Below, in pieces: positions 33,757 through 43,979 of a DNA stretch of 64,000 nucleotides. The position numbers were made by a program, and so were the translations under genes. Position 1 is the stretch's first letter. Every line of letters starts with the position of its first letter. A model generated the notes under the pieces. That model was given only the letters and a program-made list of their open reading frames with translations. It did not search any database and was not told the DNA's origin. The stretch is from Nitrospinaceae bacterium (GTDB taxonomy: Bacteria; Nitrospinota_A; UBA7883; JAJDBK01): NCBI GenBank assembly GCA_029261405.1, contig JAJDBK010000063.1, forward strand, positions 29,086 through 93,085, in the 5' to 3' direction.

Positions 33757-34968
33757 TCAGACACGGCCCCCTTCGATAAAATAGTCGAACAGATCAACAG
33801 CGTTGTCGAACCTGAGTTGTGAAGTTTCGACTATCGATTCGTCAAAAGCGCCCGATGGCGAAGCGTCGAGAGGCGGAAAGATGGCGAACGGCACCGGGTT
33901 GGTGGTATGGGTTTTCAACTCAAGGGGTGTCGCATGGTCGGAGAGCGCGATTATTCTCACATCCGTACCTTCCATGGCAAGTTTCAGAATCGGCCCGACA
34001 ACCTTCTTGTCGAAATCGGTTATGGCTTTTATCTTGTCATCAAGTCCTCCGGCGTGACCCGCCTCGTCTGGCGACTCTACATGAAGGTAGACAAGATCGA
34101 CCTCCTTTAGCGCCTCAAGACACGCCTGCGCCTTGCCATCGTAGTTGGTGTCGATCCAGCCGGTGGCGCCCTCCACATCGATAACTTTCATGTCGGCGTT
34201 TATCGCAATCCCACGCATCAGGTCCACCGCCGTTATCATGGCGCCCGAAAGTTTTCGTTTCTCCATCAGAGGTGGGAGAATCGGCTTTTTACCATGACCC
34301 CAGAGCCAGACGCTGTTCGCCTCTTTTTTACCTGCAGCTTTACGTCTTATGTTCACACGATGTTTGCTTAAAAACATCTGGGAGTCGTTCATCACTTTGC
34401 GAATAAAATCGGAGCCATCCCCGGAAGGCAGATATCCGCGAATATCCTGATCTGAAATATCGTGAGGAGGTGTCAGTTTCATCTCGGTCCGCCCCCCTCT
34501 CCAAACCATCAGGTGGCGGTACGAAACTCCGGGGTAGAAGGTTATCGATTCATCCCCTATCGCATCGTTGAGACCTTCTATTAATTCTTTCGCATCATCA
34601 GTCTCAAGATGCCCGGCGGAAAAATCGTGCATGATTACACCACCACCCGCAGGTTTGAGCGTAACCAGGTTGCATCGGAAAGCCACGTCGTCGGGACCGA
34701 GATCGACCCCCATGGCGGTGGCTTCGAGCGGTGAACGTCCTGTGTAATAGAACGAAGGATCGTATCCGAGAATGCCCATATTGGTAACATCGGACCCCGG
34801 CTCGAAACCTTCCGGGGTTGTGGAGACCGAACCCGCGCTTCCTTCGCGCGCCATGGTATCAAGGTTCGGGGTGTTTGCCAGCATAAGCGGGGTTTTGTTA
34901 TCCATCTGCGGGATCGGCCTGTCGGGCATGCCGTCACCGAGAAGAATCACATACTTTTCGGCTCTCAC
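33757..34968 (-). CDS. apgM: Cofactor-independent phosphoglycerate mutase, archaeal type (ApgM family)
   Basis: ILLGDGMPDRP...NTPNLD N-terminus characteristic of ApgM; 403 aa. Confidence 0.7.
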   Translation of the reverse strand: MRAEKYVILLGDGMPDRPIPQMDNKTPLMLANTPNLDTMAREGSAGSVSTTPEGFEPGSDVTNMGILGYDPSFYYTGRSPLEATAMGVDLGPDDVAFRCNLVTLKPAGGGVIMHDFSAGHLETDDAKELIEGLNDAIGDESITFYPGVSYRHLMVWRGGRTEMKLTPPHDISDQDIRGYLPSGDGSDFIRKVMNDSQMFLSKHRVNIRRKAAGKKEANSVWLWGHGKKPILPPLMEKRKLSGAMITAVDLMRGIAINADMKVIDVEGATGWIDTNYDGKAQACLEALKEVDLVYLHVESPDEAGHAGGLDDKIKAITDFDKKVVGPILKLAMEGTDVRIIALSDHATPLELKTHTTNPVPFAIFPPLDASPSGAFDESIVETSQLRFDNAVDLFDYFIEGGRV

Positions 34969-36267
34969 CTACTCCTCCTCCCCTTCGACCCTTATGACCA
35001 CTGTCGGGGCGGAGCATATGCCCAGCCGTCCGATCTCGTCGAGAGCCTTGTCAAGGTTGGCTGTCAAGGCGGTGTGTGTCATTAACACCACACTCACCGG
35101 CATGTCAGCTTTGCGCCCCCGTTGCATCATCGAAGCTATCGAGATGCCGTTGTCACCCAGGAGACCGGCGAGCTGGGCCAGAACACCGGGGCTATCTGGA
35201 ACTGTAAACCTGAGGTAGTGCCTGCTCTTTATTTCAACCATCGGCCTGACAGCAATCGGATCTTGCGACATTGACGATGGTGTTTTGCCCGCCGAACCGG
35301 CTAATATCTTCGTGGCGATATCGGCGATGTCACCAAGCATGGCGGATGCTGTGGGGCCTCCACCTGCGCCGGGACCTACCAGCATGTTCACGCCACCTTC
35401 GCTACAATCGATCTCTATGGCGTTAAAAGCTCCTGAAACTTTGGCTATCGGATTACTGCAGGCCACCATTGCGGGGTGAACCCGTATCTCGACCATTTCA
35501 CGTTCATACTTTGCTATGGCCAAAAGCTTTATTACATATCCAAACTCTTTGGCCATGCCGATATCCTCGGCGGTTATCCTGGTAACGCCTTCCACATAAA
35601 CATCGGAAAAATCGACCGGCGTTCCAAACGCCAACGACGCCAGGATGGCCGCCTTATGAGCCGAGTCGATCCCCTCAACGTCGAAGGTAGGGTCCGCTTC
35701 AGCGTATCCCAGACGTTGCGCCTCCGACAAGGCTGTTTCATAAGGAGCGCCTTCATCAGCCATTTTTGAGAGAATATAGTTGGCGGTGCCGTTCACGATG
35801 CCGTAAAGAGAGATTATCCGGTTTGCGGAGAAGGAGGAGCGTAACGTGCGGACTATCGGGATAGCCCCGGCTACGGCGGCCTCGAAACCGAGTTCCACAC
35901 CATTCTCACCTACAGCGGCAAAAACCTCGGCTCCCCGCATGGCAAGCAGATGTTTGTTGGCTGTGACAATATGTTTCCCGTTTTTGGCCGCCTGCAACGT
36001 AAGCTCAAGGGCGAGTGATTCACCACCCATAGCCTCTACAACTATCTGCACAGCCGGATCGTTCACAACATCGAACGGGTCATCTGTAAAGAGAGCTGTG
36101 TCAAGTTTGGTCTCTCTCTTTTTTGTTGTATCGCGGACGGCGACTTTTACAATTTCCAGTCCAGCTCCGATACGGGAGGCCAGAAGGTCGCCGTTCCGGT
36201 TTATCAGATCTTCGATAGCCGAACCGACCGTACCGAAACCTATGAGTCCGAGTTTTACCGGTTTCAT
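34969..36267 (-). CDS. hom: Homoserine dehydrogenase
   Basis: GLIGFGTVG Rossmann motif; catalytic domain; C-terminal ACT domain; 432 aa. Confidence 0.85.
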   Translation of the reverse strand: MKPVKLGLIGFGTVGSAIEDLINRNGDLLASRIGAGLEIVKVAVRDTTKKRETKLDTALFTDDPFDVVNDPAVQIVVEAMGGESLALELTLQAAKNGKHIVTANKHLLAMRGAEVFAAVGENGVELGFEAAVAGAIPIVRTLRSSFSANRIISLYGIVNGTANYILSKMADEGAPYETALSEAQRLGYAEADPTFDVEGIDSAHKAAILASLAFGTPVDFSDVYVEGVTRITAEDIGMAKEFGYVIKLLAIAKYEREMVEIRVHPAMVACSNPIAKVSGAFNAIEIDCSEGGVNMLVGPGAGGGPTASAMLGDIADIATKILAGSAGKTPSSMSQDPIAVRPMVEIKSRHYLRFTVPDSPGVLAQLAGLLGDNGISIASMMQRGRKADMPVSVVLMTHTALTANLDKALDEIGRLGICSAPTVVIRVEGEEE

Positions 36268-37463
36268 CCCTGGTCCATCTTTCTGAAGGCTTCGCGGATG
36301 CCACGGATCGCCTGCCTGGTCCTGTGTTCGTTCTCCACCAGAGCGAATCTTACATGTTTGTCCCCACCGTCTCCGAAACCGGCGCCGGGGGATACGGCCA
36401 CCTGACCTTTACGCAAAAGCTCCTTGCAAAACTCCACAGAACCCATATGTTGGAACCGCTCAGGTATTTTGGGCCACACGAACATGGTGGCGGCAGGTTT
36501 TTCGACATTCCACCCGATACGATTCAAGCCTTCGCAAAGGACATCCCTTCTCGACTGGTATGTGAGCCTGATATCCTCCACGCAATCTTGCGGACCGTTG
36601 AGCGCGATGATGCTGGCGACCTGGATCGGTTGGAACATTCCGTAATCGAGATAACTTTTCAGTTTCTGAAGGGCGTAAACAATTTCGCGGTTGCCGACCA
36701 TGAAACCGACCCGCCATCCCGGCATGTTGTAGCTTTTCGAGAGGGTGTATAACTCCACCGCCACATCCTTCGCCCCTTCCACCTGGAGGATGGAGGGCGC
36801 CTTGTATCCGTCGAAAGCTATCTCGGCGTAGGCCAGATCGTGAACGACTATGATGTCGTGTTTTTTTGCAAACTCCACCACCCTTTTAAAGAAGTCGAGA
36901 TCGACACAGACGGTGGTCGGGTTGTGCGGGAAATTAAGCATCATCGCCTTCGGCCTCGGCCACGCTCTCTCGTAAGCGGTGGTGAGGCTTTCAAAAAAAT
37001 CGGCCCCGTTGGAGAGAGGCACGTTGATGACATCTCCATTGGCTATGACCACGGCGTATGTGTGGATCGGATAAGTGGGGGCCGGAACCAGAACCGAGTC
37101 GCCGGGAGATATTATCGCCAGCATCAGATGGCTTATCCCCTCTTTCGATCCGATGGTGACTATCGCCTCGGTCTCAGGGTCGAGATCAACCCCGTATTTC
37201 CGGTCGTACCAGGAACAGATGGCGTGACGCAGTTTGGTTATTCCACGACTGGCGCTATATCTGTGGTTAGGTGGTTTTTTCGCCGATTCAACCAGCTTAT
37301 CGACAATATGCGCGGGAGTCGGCATGTCGGGGTTGCCCATACCGAAATCGATGATATCCTCACCTGCCCTGCGGGCTTCCATGCGTAGATTGGTCACCTC
37401 CGCCAGCACATATGGCGGCAGTCTCTTGATCCTGTAGAATTCTCTCTTCTTGCCGGTGGTCAT
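36264..37463 (-). CDS. Pyridoxal-phosphate-dependent aminotransferase, class I/II (AlaC/AspC-like)
   Basis: 399 aa; class-I aminotransferase pattern (N-terminal [10 protein letters not shown]); operonic with hom. Confidence 0.7.
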   Translation of the reverse strand: MTTGKKREFYRIKRLPPYVLAEVTNLRMEARRAGEDIIDFGMGNPDMPTPAHIVDKLVESAKKPPNHRYSASRGITKLRHAICSWYDRKYGVDLDPETEAIVTIGSKEGISHLMLAIISPGDSVLVPAPTYPIHTYAVVIANGDVINVPLSNGADFFESLTTAYERAWPRPKAMMLNFPHNPTTVCVDLDFFKRVVEFAKKHDIIVVHDLAYAEIAFDGYKAPSILQVEGAKDVAVELYTLSKSYNMPGWRVGFMVGNREIVYALQKLKSYLDYGMFQPIQVASIIALNGPQDCVEDIRLTYQSRRDVLCEGLNRIGWNVEKPAATMFVWPKIPERFQHMGSVEFCKELLRKGQVAVSPGAGFGDGGDKHVRFALVENEHRTRQAIRGIREAFRKMDQG

Positions 37464-37493
37464 ATCGGGTTCCGGTTAATTATCTAAAACGTA

Positions 37494-38240
37494 TTAGTGT
37501 AACAACGATTCGAGGGCGGTGTCGAATTCATCCTGGGCGACTTTTGTGCCGATGATCTGTTTTACGATAAGCCCGTCCTTCCCCACAGCCGTCACCAACG
37601 AGATATGCGCCCATATCTCCTCAGGATGAGGCATGTATGAAAATCCAAAAGCCGAAGTCAGATCCTTTACTGTTTCTTTCTCCGCCATGCCGAATGTCCA
37701 GTTAGGGAAATCGTCCAGATAACCCTCGGAATAATCTTTCATCATCGATACATCGTCGGTCTCCACATCGAAACTCACCGTTATCAACCGGAATTTATCC
37801 CCATGTTTTGAACTTGCCACCCTTGCCGCCCTCCCCATATTGCCGTTTATGGTGGGACAGATATGTGGACAGGTTGTGAACATGAAAGTTATGAAAAAAG
37901 GCTCACCGAAAAAATCGCCCAGGCTCACCTTTTTGCCACTGCTGTCTATGAATGATAACGAACCATCGACCTTGGTCCCTACTTTCGACAGGGCCAGCGG
38001 CATCCACTTTACCAACCTTTTATTCATCTCCGCCGGACTCATCATCTTGTGGTCGCTGGCCATTTTATGATCGCCCGACATTTTGTGGTCACCAGTCATT
38101 TTGTGGTCACCGGCCATTTTATGATCGCCGTGATCGTTATTCATTTGGCTGTGGTCATGGCTGTCAGCCGCCAGCGAGTCTTGCGCTCCGTAAAGCAGGG
38201 CCACAGATAATATCAGAGCGAAAATCGCGCTATTTCTCAT
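37494..38240 (-). CDS. SCO1/SenC family copper chaperone with N-terminal His/Met-rich pentarepeat
   Basis: Signal peptide; five tandem GDHKM(x) repeats; thioredoxin-fold CPHICP copper-binding motif. Confidence 0.75.
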   Translation of the reverse strand: MRNSAIFALILSVALLYGAQDSLAADSHDHSQMNNDHGDHKMAGDHKMTGDHKMSGDHKMASDHKMMSPAEMNKRLVKWMPLALSKVGTKVDGSLSFIDSSGKKVSLGDFFGEPFFITFMFTTCPHICPTINGNMGRAARVASSKHGDKFRLITVSFDVETDDVSMMKDYSEGYLDDFPNWTFGMAEKETVKDLTSAFGFSYMPHPEEIWAHISLVTAVGKDGLIVKQIIGTKVAQDEFDTALESLLH

Positions 38241-38282
38241 AGTTGTCTCCTTTGGAAAATGATCGAAACTTAAAAAGGGGGT

Positions 38283-38669
38283 TCAAGAAGTCTGGTTAAG
38301 TGTGTTCAGCAGGTCGGCCAGGCTCGCCCTGATCTCTCTTAACGTATCAGATTTCTTTTCTGAAACTCGTTTGGTGGTCGCTACCTTCGGACTTCGTTTA
38401 TTTCTGAAATACTGTTTTGCCCCTGCGATGGAGTATTTTTCCACATAGAGCAAGCGTTTGATCTCCAGGATAAGATCGATCTCCTTGCGCGAGTATATTC
38501 TCTGACCGTTCTTGTTTTTGTGCGGTTTCAAGGTCGGAAACTCCGACTCCCAGTATCGCAGAACATGCGTCTTCACGTCAGCTATCTGCGCCACGTCCCG
38601 GATCTTGTAGAACATCTTCTCAGGCGCCCCGCCGGGCAATAACCCGGTCTGCCGCTCCTCGTCACTCAT
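38283..38669 (-). CDS. MerR family transcriptional regulator
   Basis: HTH region YKIRDVAQIADVKTHVLRYWESEF; no C-terminal Cys metal-binding motif. Confidence 0.65.
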   Translation of the reverse strand: MSDEERQTGLLPGGAPEKMFYKIRDVAQIADVKTHVLRYWESEFPTLKPHKNKNGQRIYSRKEIDLILEIKRLLYVEKYSIAGAKQYFRNKRSPKVATTKRVSEKKSDTLREIRASLADLLNTLNQTS

Positions 38670-38683
38670 ATCTCACCCGCACG

Positions 38684-39523
38684 TCAACCAACCTTCTCCG
38701 CTACACAATCTATGTCCATCTTCTTCAACTCGCCGACCTTGCGCATAACGCTGTCCCTCTCCTGAAACCCTTCGTTCAGGTAGGCTTTCGTAACTTTGCG
38801 CGACTCCTTTTTAGATGATACACCCGCCTTGACGTTTAATACCCTGGCTTTTTTCAGAATCGTGTCTATATCGGCTTTTGACTTCAACTGCGCCGTAACC
38901 AGATAACGCTTCGATCCTGCGGAGAAAAGGGATGTGTCTATTGCGTTCTGTTTCAGTTTTTTTCTGGCCTCAAGCGCCTGGGTTTCTGTCGGCCACGGCC
39001 CGAAGCTCACCCTGTTGGCTGGCATTCTTGCAACTCCATCCACCAGGAAAGCCTCTATGTTTTTCTTGCGCAGGTCTCTGACAAGGCTCTCGCAACTTTC
39101 CCTGAGTACGCAAAAACCCAGACGGATTCGCCATACAGGCTCCCGACCAGCGACAGGAGTCTGCGATGTAACAGACTCCGAGGGCGTTTCAGGAGCTATT
39201 GCCGAGGCGACGGGACGAGATTGCACGTCAAGAGAGTCGGCGTTCTCCGTAATTTTCGGGGTCGCCTCTTCCACCTCTTCGGTATCGATGAAAGAACCTG
39301 GATCGTCCTTTTCCTGCGACACCTCCACCCCCTGTTTCATCCGTTCCATAAGTTTGGTTGGCTTGTCTCCCCATTGAGGAGGGAACACCCAGTACGCAAT
39401 CGATACGACCGCCATCACAAAGGCCATTGCATAGGCCGGACGGGTAAGTTTCTCGCCGTCAGGTTTCACGCTGTTCCTGTAGTTTTGAAGTTCTGCAAGC
39501 AGGTTTATCCTGTTCATCCGCAA
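38684..39523 (-). CDS. SPOR domain-containing membrane protein (FtsN/DedD-like)
   Basis: Short N-terminal segment, single TM, Ser/Thr/Pro-rich linker, two C-terminal SPOR-like repeats (WRIRLGFCVLRESCESLVRDL...). Confidence 0.4.
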   Translation of the reverse strand: MRMNRINLLAELQNYRNSVKPDGEKLTRPAYAMAFVMAVVSIAYWVFPPQWGDKPTKLMERMKQGVEVSQEKDDPGSFIDTEEVEEATPKITENADSLDVQSRPVASAIAPETPSESVTSQTPVAGREPVWRIRLGFCVLRESCESLVRDLRKKNIEAFLVDGVARMPANRVSFGPWPTETQALEARKKLKQNAIDTSLFSAGSKRYLVTAQLKSKADIDTILKKARVLNVKAGVSSKKESRKVTKAYLNEGFQERDSVMRKVGELKKMDIDCVAEKVG

Positions 39524-39549
39524 GCTGGGTTCTGGTCACCAGAGTACAA

Positions 39550-41625
39550 CTATTTCTCCTCTTCCTTTTTCGTCCCCTCGATTATCTTCCGGGTTACGGC
39601 TGGTGGGGTCTCTTCATAGTCGTGAAAATGCATGGAGAACGATCCACGACCACCTGTCAGGGAACGGAGGGTCTTGACGTATTCGAGGACTTCGGCCAGA
39701 GGCGCGAGCGCCTTGATTCTCTGCTGACCACCCATAACCCCCATGCCGAGAACCTTGCCCCGTTTCTGGCTTAAGTCGGCCATGATATCCCCAAGACACT
39801 CGTCGGGCGCCACGACCTCCATTTCCATGACAGGTTCCAGCAGTACAGGCGCCGCCTTTGTGAAGGCTTCCCTGAACGCCATGGCGGAGGCGGATTTAAA
39901 AGCCATTTCTGAAGAATCGACATCGTGGTATTTGCCGTCGAAGACCGTCACCTTGCATCCGGTAACCGGGTATCCGGCCAGTCCACCTTTGGTCATCGCC
40001 TCAACAACCCCCTTCTCCACACCCGGAATGTATCCGCGCGGGATAACGCCACCTACTATGGCGTTGACAAACTCGAAGTTCTCCCCGTCGGCAAGCGGCT
40101 CTATCCTTATCTTGCAGTCGGCGAACTGACCGTGTCCACCGGTCTGTTTTTTGATCCTGCCGTGTCCTTCAGCCGATCCTCTGATCGCCTCTTTGTAAGC
40201 TATCGTTGGTGGTTTAATGGTAACGCCCAGCCCGAACTTGTCCTTGAGTCGGCATACCACTGTCTCTATGTGAACCTGACCCATCCCGGAGAGGAGCAGT
40301 TCGCCCGTGGTTTTGTCTGTTTTCACGGTAATGGTGGGATCCTCCTCCACGAGCCTGTGCAGGGAGCTGGCCAGCTTATCCTCATCCCCTTTCGACTCAG
40401 GTTCGATAGCGAAAGATATGACCGGATGTGGAGCAACCTCTTTCTCCAGTACGACATCCGCCTTCGGGTCGCCGATAGTATCGCCGGTCTGGGTAGCTTT
40501 CAGTTTTGCGACAGCGGCCAGGTCACCGAAGGGGACGGATGAGACAGCGGTATGGTTTTTGCCGTTTATCTGCAGTAACGTTCCGATCCGCTCTTTGGCG
40601 CCATCCTGGCTCATGTTCACATGGGAGGAGTCCGAGCTCAGATCTCCTGAAAAGACCCTGAAAAAGCTCAGTTTGCCAGCGTACGGATCCGCCACGGTTT
40701 TGAACACCTGGATCACCGTGGGGCCGTTCGGGTCGGGGTTGAGAGTTTTGTCCGAGTTGGCTATCTTTCTCGGACGAGCCTGAAGTGGCGAAGGGAAAAA
40801 TCTGATAATCGTATCGAGAGTCTTGCGAATAACAATATTCTGGGTGGCCGAACCACAAAGAACCGGGACTATTTCGCCTGCGCGGATAGCGTTGCGCAAT
40901 CCGGCAAAGAGATCCTCGTCGCTTAACGTGTCGTTGTCCATATATTTTTCGAGCAGGCTTTCGTCGGTCTCCGCCACCGATTCGACGATATCCCGGCGCT
41001 CATTCTCCGCCCACTTGAGCAGGTTGTCCGGTATCTCCTCAACGGTAAAGGTTCCTTCGCCATCCCGTTCGTAGATGTACGCTTTCATGTAGAGCAGATC
41101 AACCACACCCCTGAACGTTGGCCCGGAGCCTATCGGGATTGTGAACTTCAACGTCCTCTGATGAAACACCGCGTCGATCTGTCCGAAAGCGGTCTCGTAG
41201 GAGGCTTTGTCGTTATCCATCTTGTTGATGAAGATGATTCTCGGCAGACCATGGTCGCACGCCCATCGCCACACCGTCTCCGTCTGGGTCTTGATTCCCG
41301 ATACTGCGGATATGATGACCAGGGCGGCGTCCATGACACTCATCGACAGCAGGGAGTCTGCAACGAAGTTCTGGTCTCCCGGAGTATCGAGGATGTTTAT
41401 TTTATGCTCTTTCCACTCGCACGACGCAAGGGAGGCGCTGATCGATATCTGTCTTTTGATCTCTTCCGGGTCGTGATCCATTACAGTGTTACCGTCCTGG
41501 ACTTTTCCCATGCGATTTATTCCACCAGAGTCGTAGAGGATAGCCTCTGCAAGAGATGTTTTACCAGCGCCACTGTGGGCGAGTATTCCTATGTTGCGGA
41601 TTTTCTCAGGATCGTATCTTTTCAT
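39550..41625 (-). CDS. Elongation factor G paralog (EF-G2-like translational GTPase)
   Basis: G-domain motifs GILAHSGAGKTS, DTPGDQNF, NKMD; 691 aa; not in an str operon context. Confidence 0.8.
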   Translation of the reverse strand: MKRYDPEKIRNIGILAHSGAGKTSLAEAILYDSGGINRMGKVQDGNTVMDHDPEEIKRQISISASLASCEWKEHKINILDTPGDQNFVADSLLSMSVMDAALVIISAVSGIKTQTETVWRWACDHGLPRIIFINKMDNDKASYETAFGQIDAVFHQRTLKFTIPIGSGPTFRGVVDLLYMKAYIYERDGEGTFTVEEIPDNLLKWAENERRDIVESVAETDESLLEKYMDNDTLSDEDLFAGLRNAIRAGEIVPVLCGSATQNIVIRKTLDTIIRFFPSPLQARPRKIANSDKTLNPDPNGPTVIQVFKTVADPYAGKLSFFRVFSGDLSSDSSHVNMSQDGAKERIGTLLQINGKNHTAVSSVPFGDLAAVAKLKATQTGDTIGDPKADVVLEKEVAPHPVISFAIEPESKGDEDKLASSLHRLVEEDPTITVKTDKTTGELLLSGMGQVHIETVVCRLKDKFGLGVTIKPPTIAYKEAIRGSAEGHGRIKKQTGGHGQFADCKIRIEPLADGENFEFVNAIVGGVIPRGYIPGVEKGVVEAMTKGGLAGYPVTGCKVTVFDGKYHDVDSSEMAFKSASAMAFREAFTKAAPVLLEPVMEMEVVAPDECLGDIMADLSQKRGKVLGMGVMGGQQRIKALAPLAEVLEYVKTLRSLTGGRGSFSMHFHDYEETPPAVTRKIIEGTKKEEEK

Positions 41626-41748
41626 GATTCAGCCTCTGTAAAAAGTCTCCGTTAAGACAGCCTCTCTCAGCCTGGACCATTTTACCAGTTGATTGATCTT
41701 TTACAACGCATTAACCTTTATCATTCATGAATAATAATGGGTATTGGC

Positions 41749-41777
41749 GAAAGTAATCGGGGCGATATACCGATAAC
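41749..41777 (+). promoter_or_regulatory. Candidate sigma-28 (FliA)-type promoter upstream of the fliK-like operon
   Basis: AAAG..(17 nt)..CCGATAA resembles the TAAA-N15-GCCGATAA consensus; about 185 nt upstream of the first ORF. Confidence 0.25.
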
Positions 41778-41960
41778 AAGGTGAGATCTATGCGCCCTTG
41801 CGGTTGAACTTGTCGTTTGCGTGACCTATATGGCTGGTTAAAAAGCTGTTATAATGTTCGCGTAGCCGTAGTAAGGCGTTTATTTATCCAGGTTGGCCCT
41901 GTCAGGTCTTGACTCATGTGGCGTGAGTTTTAAACCGGCATGGGCGCAAGGAGCGTCAAA

Positions 41961-42284
41961 ATGGTCGAATCGGTCGGAATGCAACAAGTTTTACAAATGT
42001 CCAGCACAGTGGAAAAAGCGAATGTTTCGCCTTCAAACCAGCTGGCCGCTACCGCCAGGGCGTTTGAAGACGAGATGAAAAAGACCACAGACCTGCAACT
42101 TGAGCAAGTCCAGGAGACCAAAGCGACCGAAGAGGCGAAAATCCGGGATGAAGACCTTCCGAAACATCACAGGCAGGCGAAACGGCCACCAGGAGGTGGC
42201 GCTCACAAAGATGACGCCGAAGAAGAGGAGGTCGTGCCAATCAAAGAGCTTGGTGTCGGCGGTCAGATCAACATCGTAGCCTGA
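41961..42284 (+). CDS. Hypothetical acidic protein, first gene of the fliK-like operon
   Basis: AAGGAG RBS 7 nt upstream of the ATG at 41961; Glu/Lys-rich, probably disordered; 107 aa. Confidence 0.45.
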   Translation: MVESVGMQQVLQMSSTVEKANVSPSNQLAATARAFEDEMKKTTDLQLEQVQETKATEEAKIRDEDLPKHHRQAKRPPGGGAHKDDAEEEEVVPIKELGVGGQINIVA

Positions 42285-42307
42285 CAGCCCCTTTTTTGTG
42301 ACCACCC

Positions 42308-43663
42308 ATGTGGATAGATAACATAGCCATCAAGATCGCCCAGGCGATCACTCTGCCGAAAATGAGTGGAGAAGCGCCAAAATCCCCTCTCGCCGATGGC
42401 CAGATCGTCCAGGGGAAAGTCATCAAGCTCCTGCCAAACGCCCAACTGCTTGTGAACGTGGAAGGCCAGAAGATGGTCGCCTCAAGCAAGAGTCCCATGG
42501 CTGAGGGGCAGACTTTTGTGGGGAAACTTCAAAACGTCGGTCAGAAGATGACCATTAATATACTGCCCGGGAAAAATGCGGGAGATATTAAAACGACAGA
42601 AATGTTGCGCGCGCTCCTGCCCGGGAAAGAGCCGATGGGACAGTCCCTCTCCAAGGTTCTCGATCTTCCCCAAAAGGAGGGGTTACCGTCGGCGATCAAA
42701 CAGACCGTCACCGATCTTGCCGGGAATATACAGAAAACCATAGCGGGAAATATCGAAAATAACACCCCTGCGAAAACAAAAAGCGCTATACGGAACTCAG
42801 GTCTTTTTATGGAAGCGACGTTAAAAGAGGCGGTGGTGAAAAATATGGACCGGACAACCGTTGGCAAGATTCTGCAAACCGATGTAAAAGCTATGCTCGG
42901 CACAGCTCTGACAGAGATTACTACAGAGACCGAAAGGGTGGCGAACAGACTCAAAGCCCTCGTTCCTCTGTCAACGTCGGCGGAAAAAGAGATCATGGCC
43001 ACCCAAAGGGAGACAAAATCAACTGTCCCACTGACGACTGAAAGTGGCAAGGAGCCGGTAATAGCGGAGAAAGCGGTCAGGGCTGGCGCCGCAAACAGCG
43101 CCAAAGGCGCGGCGCCACATGGTCAGGCCGCATTAATCGAGTCCACCCTTGCTGACCTTGCTCGAATGCGGGAAGCCGGAAAAAATATTCGGGACGCGAT
43201 CAACAACATAGAGCTTAACCAGGTAATGAACTCAACGGTTGACAGAAAACAGGGGGATGGCGCCCCCCCCTCCTTCTACCAGCTCCCTTTTTTTGAAGGA
43301 AACCTTGTAAATAACGCCAGGGTCTTCATCAATCCGAGGCGGGAAGGAGACGCTTCGTCCGAAGGCAAAGGGTCAGACGAGAGCAGGATGGTCTTCATGC
43401 TAAACATGTCAAAGCTCGGCCCAGTGAGAGTCGATGTCAGGGTGAATAAGGAAAAGGTGACAGGATCGATCTTCGCCGTCAACGATTCCGCCACATCGTA
43501 CATGAAAAATGAACTGCCCAAACTTGTATCCCCCCTTACCTCGGCAGGATACAAGGTATGGTTTGATGTGGCGACAGCCGGGGCCGGATATGTGACCGAA
43601 GAGCTGGAAAACGCCATACCTCTAAGAAACGCTCCCCAAGGGCTGATAAACGTAAAGGCTTAA
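42308..43663 (+). CDS. Flagellar hook-length control protein FliK-like (C-terminal Flg_hook-like domain)
   Basis: C-terminal RMVFMLNMSKLGPVRVDVRVNKEKVTGSIFAVNDSATSYMKNELPKL matches the FliK C-terminal pattern (L.L.P..LG.V.V.....). An N-terminal QGKVIKLLPNAQLLVNVEGQ segment is also FliK-like. Confidence 0.55.
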   Translation: MWIDNIAIKIAQAITLPKMSGEAPKSPLADGQIVQGKVIKLLPNAQLLVNVEGQKMVASSKSPMAEGQTFVGKLQNVGQKMTINILPGKNAGDIKTTEMLRALLPGKEPMGQSLSKVLDLPQKEGLPSAIKQTVTDLAGNIQKTIAGNIENNTPAKTKSAIRNSGLFMEATLKEAVVKNMDRTTVGKILQTDVKAMLGTALTEITTETERVANRLKALVPLSTSAEKEIMATQRETKSTVPLTTESGKEPVIAEKAVRAGAANSAKGAAPHGQAALIESTLADLARMREAGKNIRDAINNIELNQVMNSTVDRKQGDGAPPSFYQLPFFEGNLVNNARVFINPRREGDASSEGKGSDESRMVFMLNMSKLGPVRVDVRVNKEKVTGSIFAVNDSATSYMKNELPKLVSPLTSAGYKVWFDVATAGAGYVTEELENAIPLRNAPQGLINVKA

Positions 43664-43667
43664 CGTT

Positions 43668-43952
43668 TTGCATAAAAAAAAGCCACCAAGAAAAAAAGCT
43701 GTCGCCCTGAAATATGAGAGGGGTTTGCAAGCGGCGCCTACCGTGGCGGCCAAAGGGGTCGGGGATATAGCCGAAAAAATCCTTCAGATAGCAAAGGAGC
43801 ATGGCATTCCGATAAAGGAGGACCCGGACCTGGTCGAGACTCTCGCTGGCCTTGATTTGGACGAGCAGATACCACCGGAGCTTTACCATGTTATAGCCGA
43901 AGTGTTATCCTGGGTGTATCATGTGAACGGGTCTTACGGGAAAAAAGTGTAA
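43668..43952 (+). CDS. FlhB C-terminal-domain homolog (YlqH/FhlB-like, EscU/YscU family fragment)
   Basis: 94 aa; AVALKYE...AP.VAAKG.G..AEKI..IAKEHGIPI.ED..L.E.L..L....IP.ELY..IAE.L..VY matches the small FlhB-C family. Confidence 0.65.
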   Translation: MHKKKPPRKKAVALKYERGLQAAPTVAAKGVGDIAEKILQIAKEHGIPIKEDPDLVETLAGLDLDEQIPPELYHVIAEVLSWVYHVNGSYGKKV

Positions 43953-43979
43953 CGAACGAAATTTACGTTTGCTTCGGTT

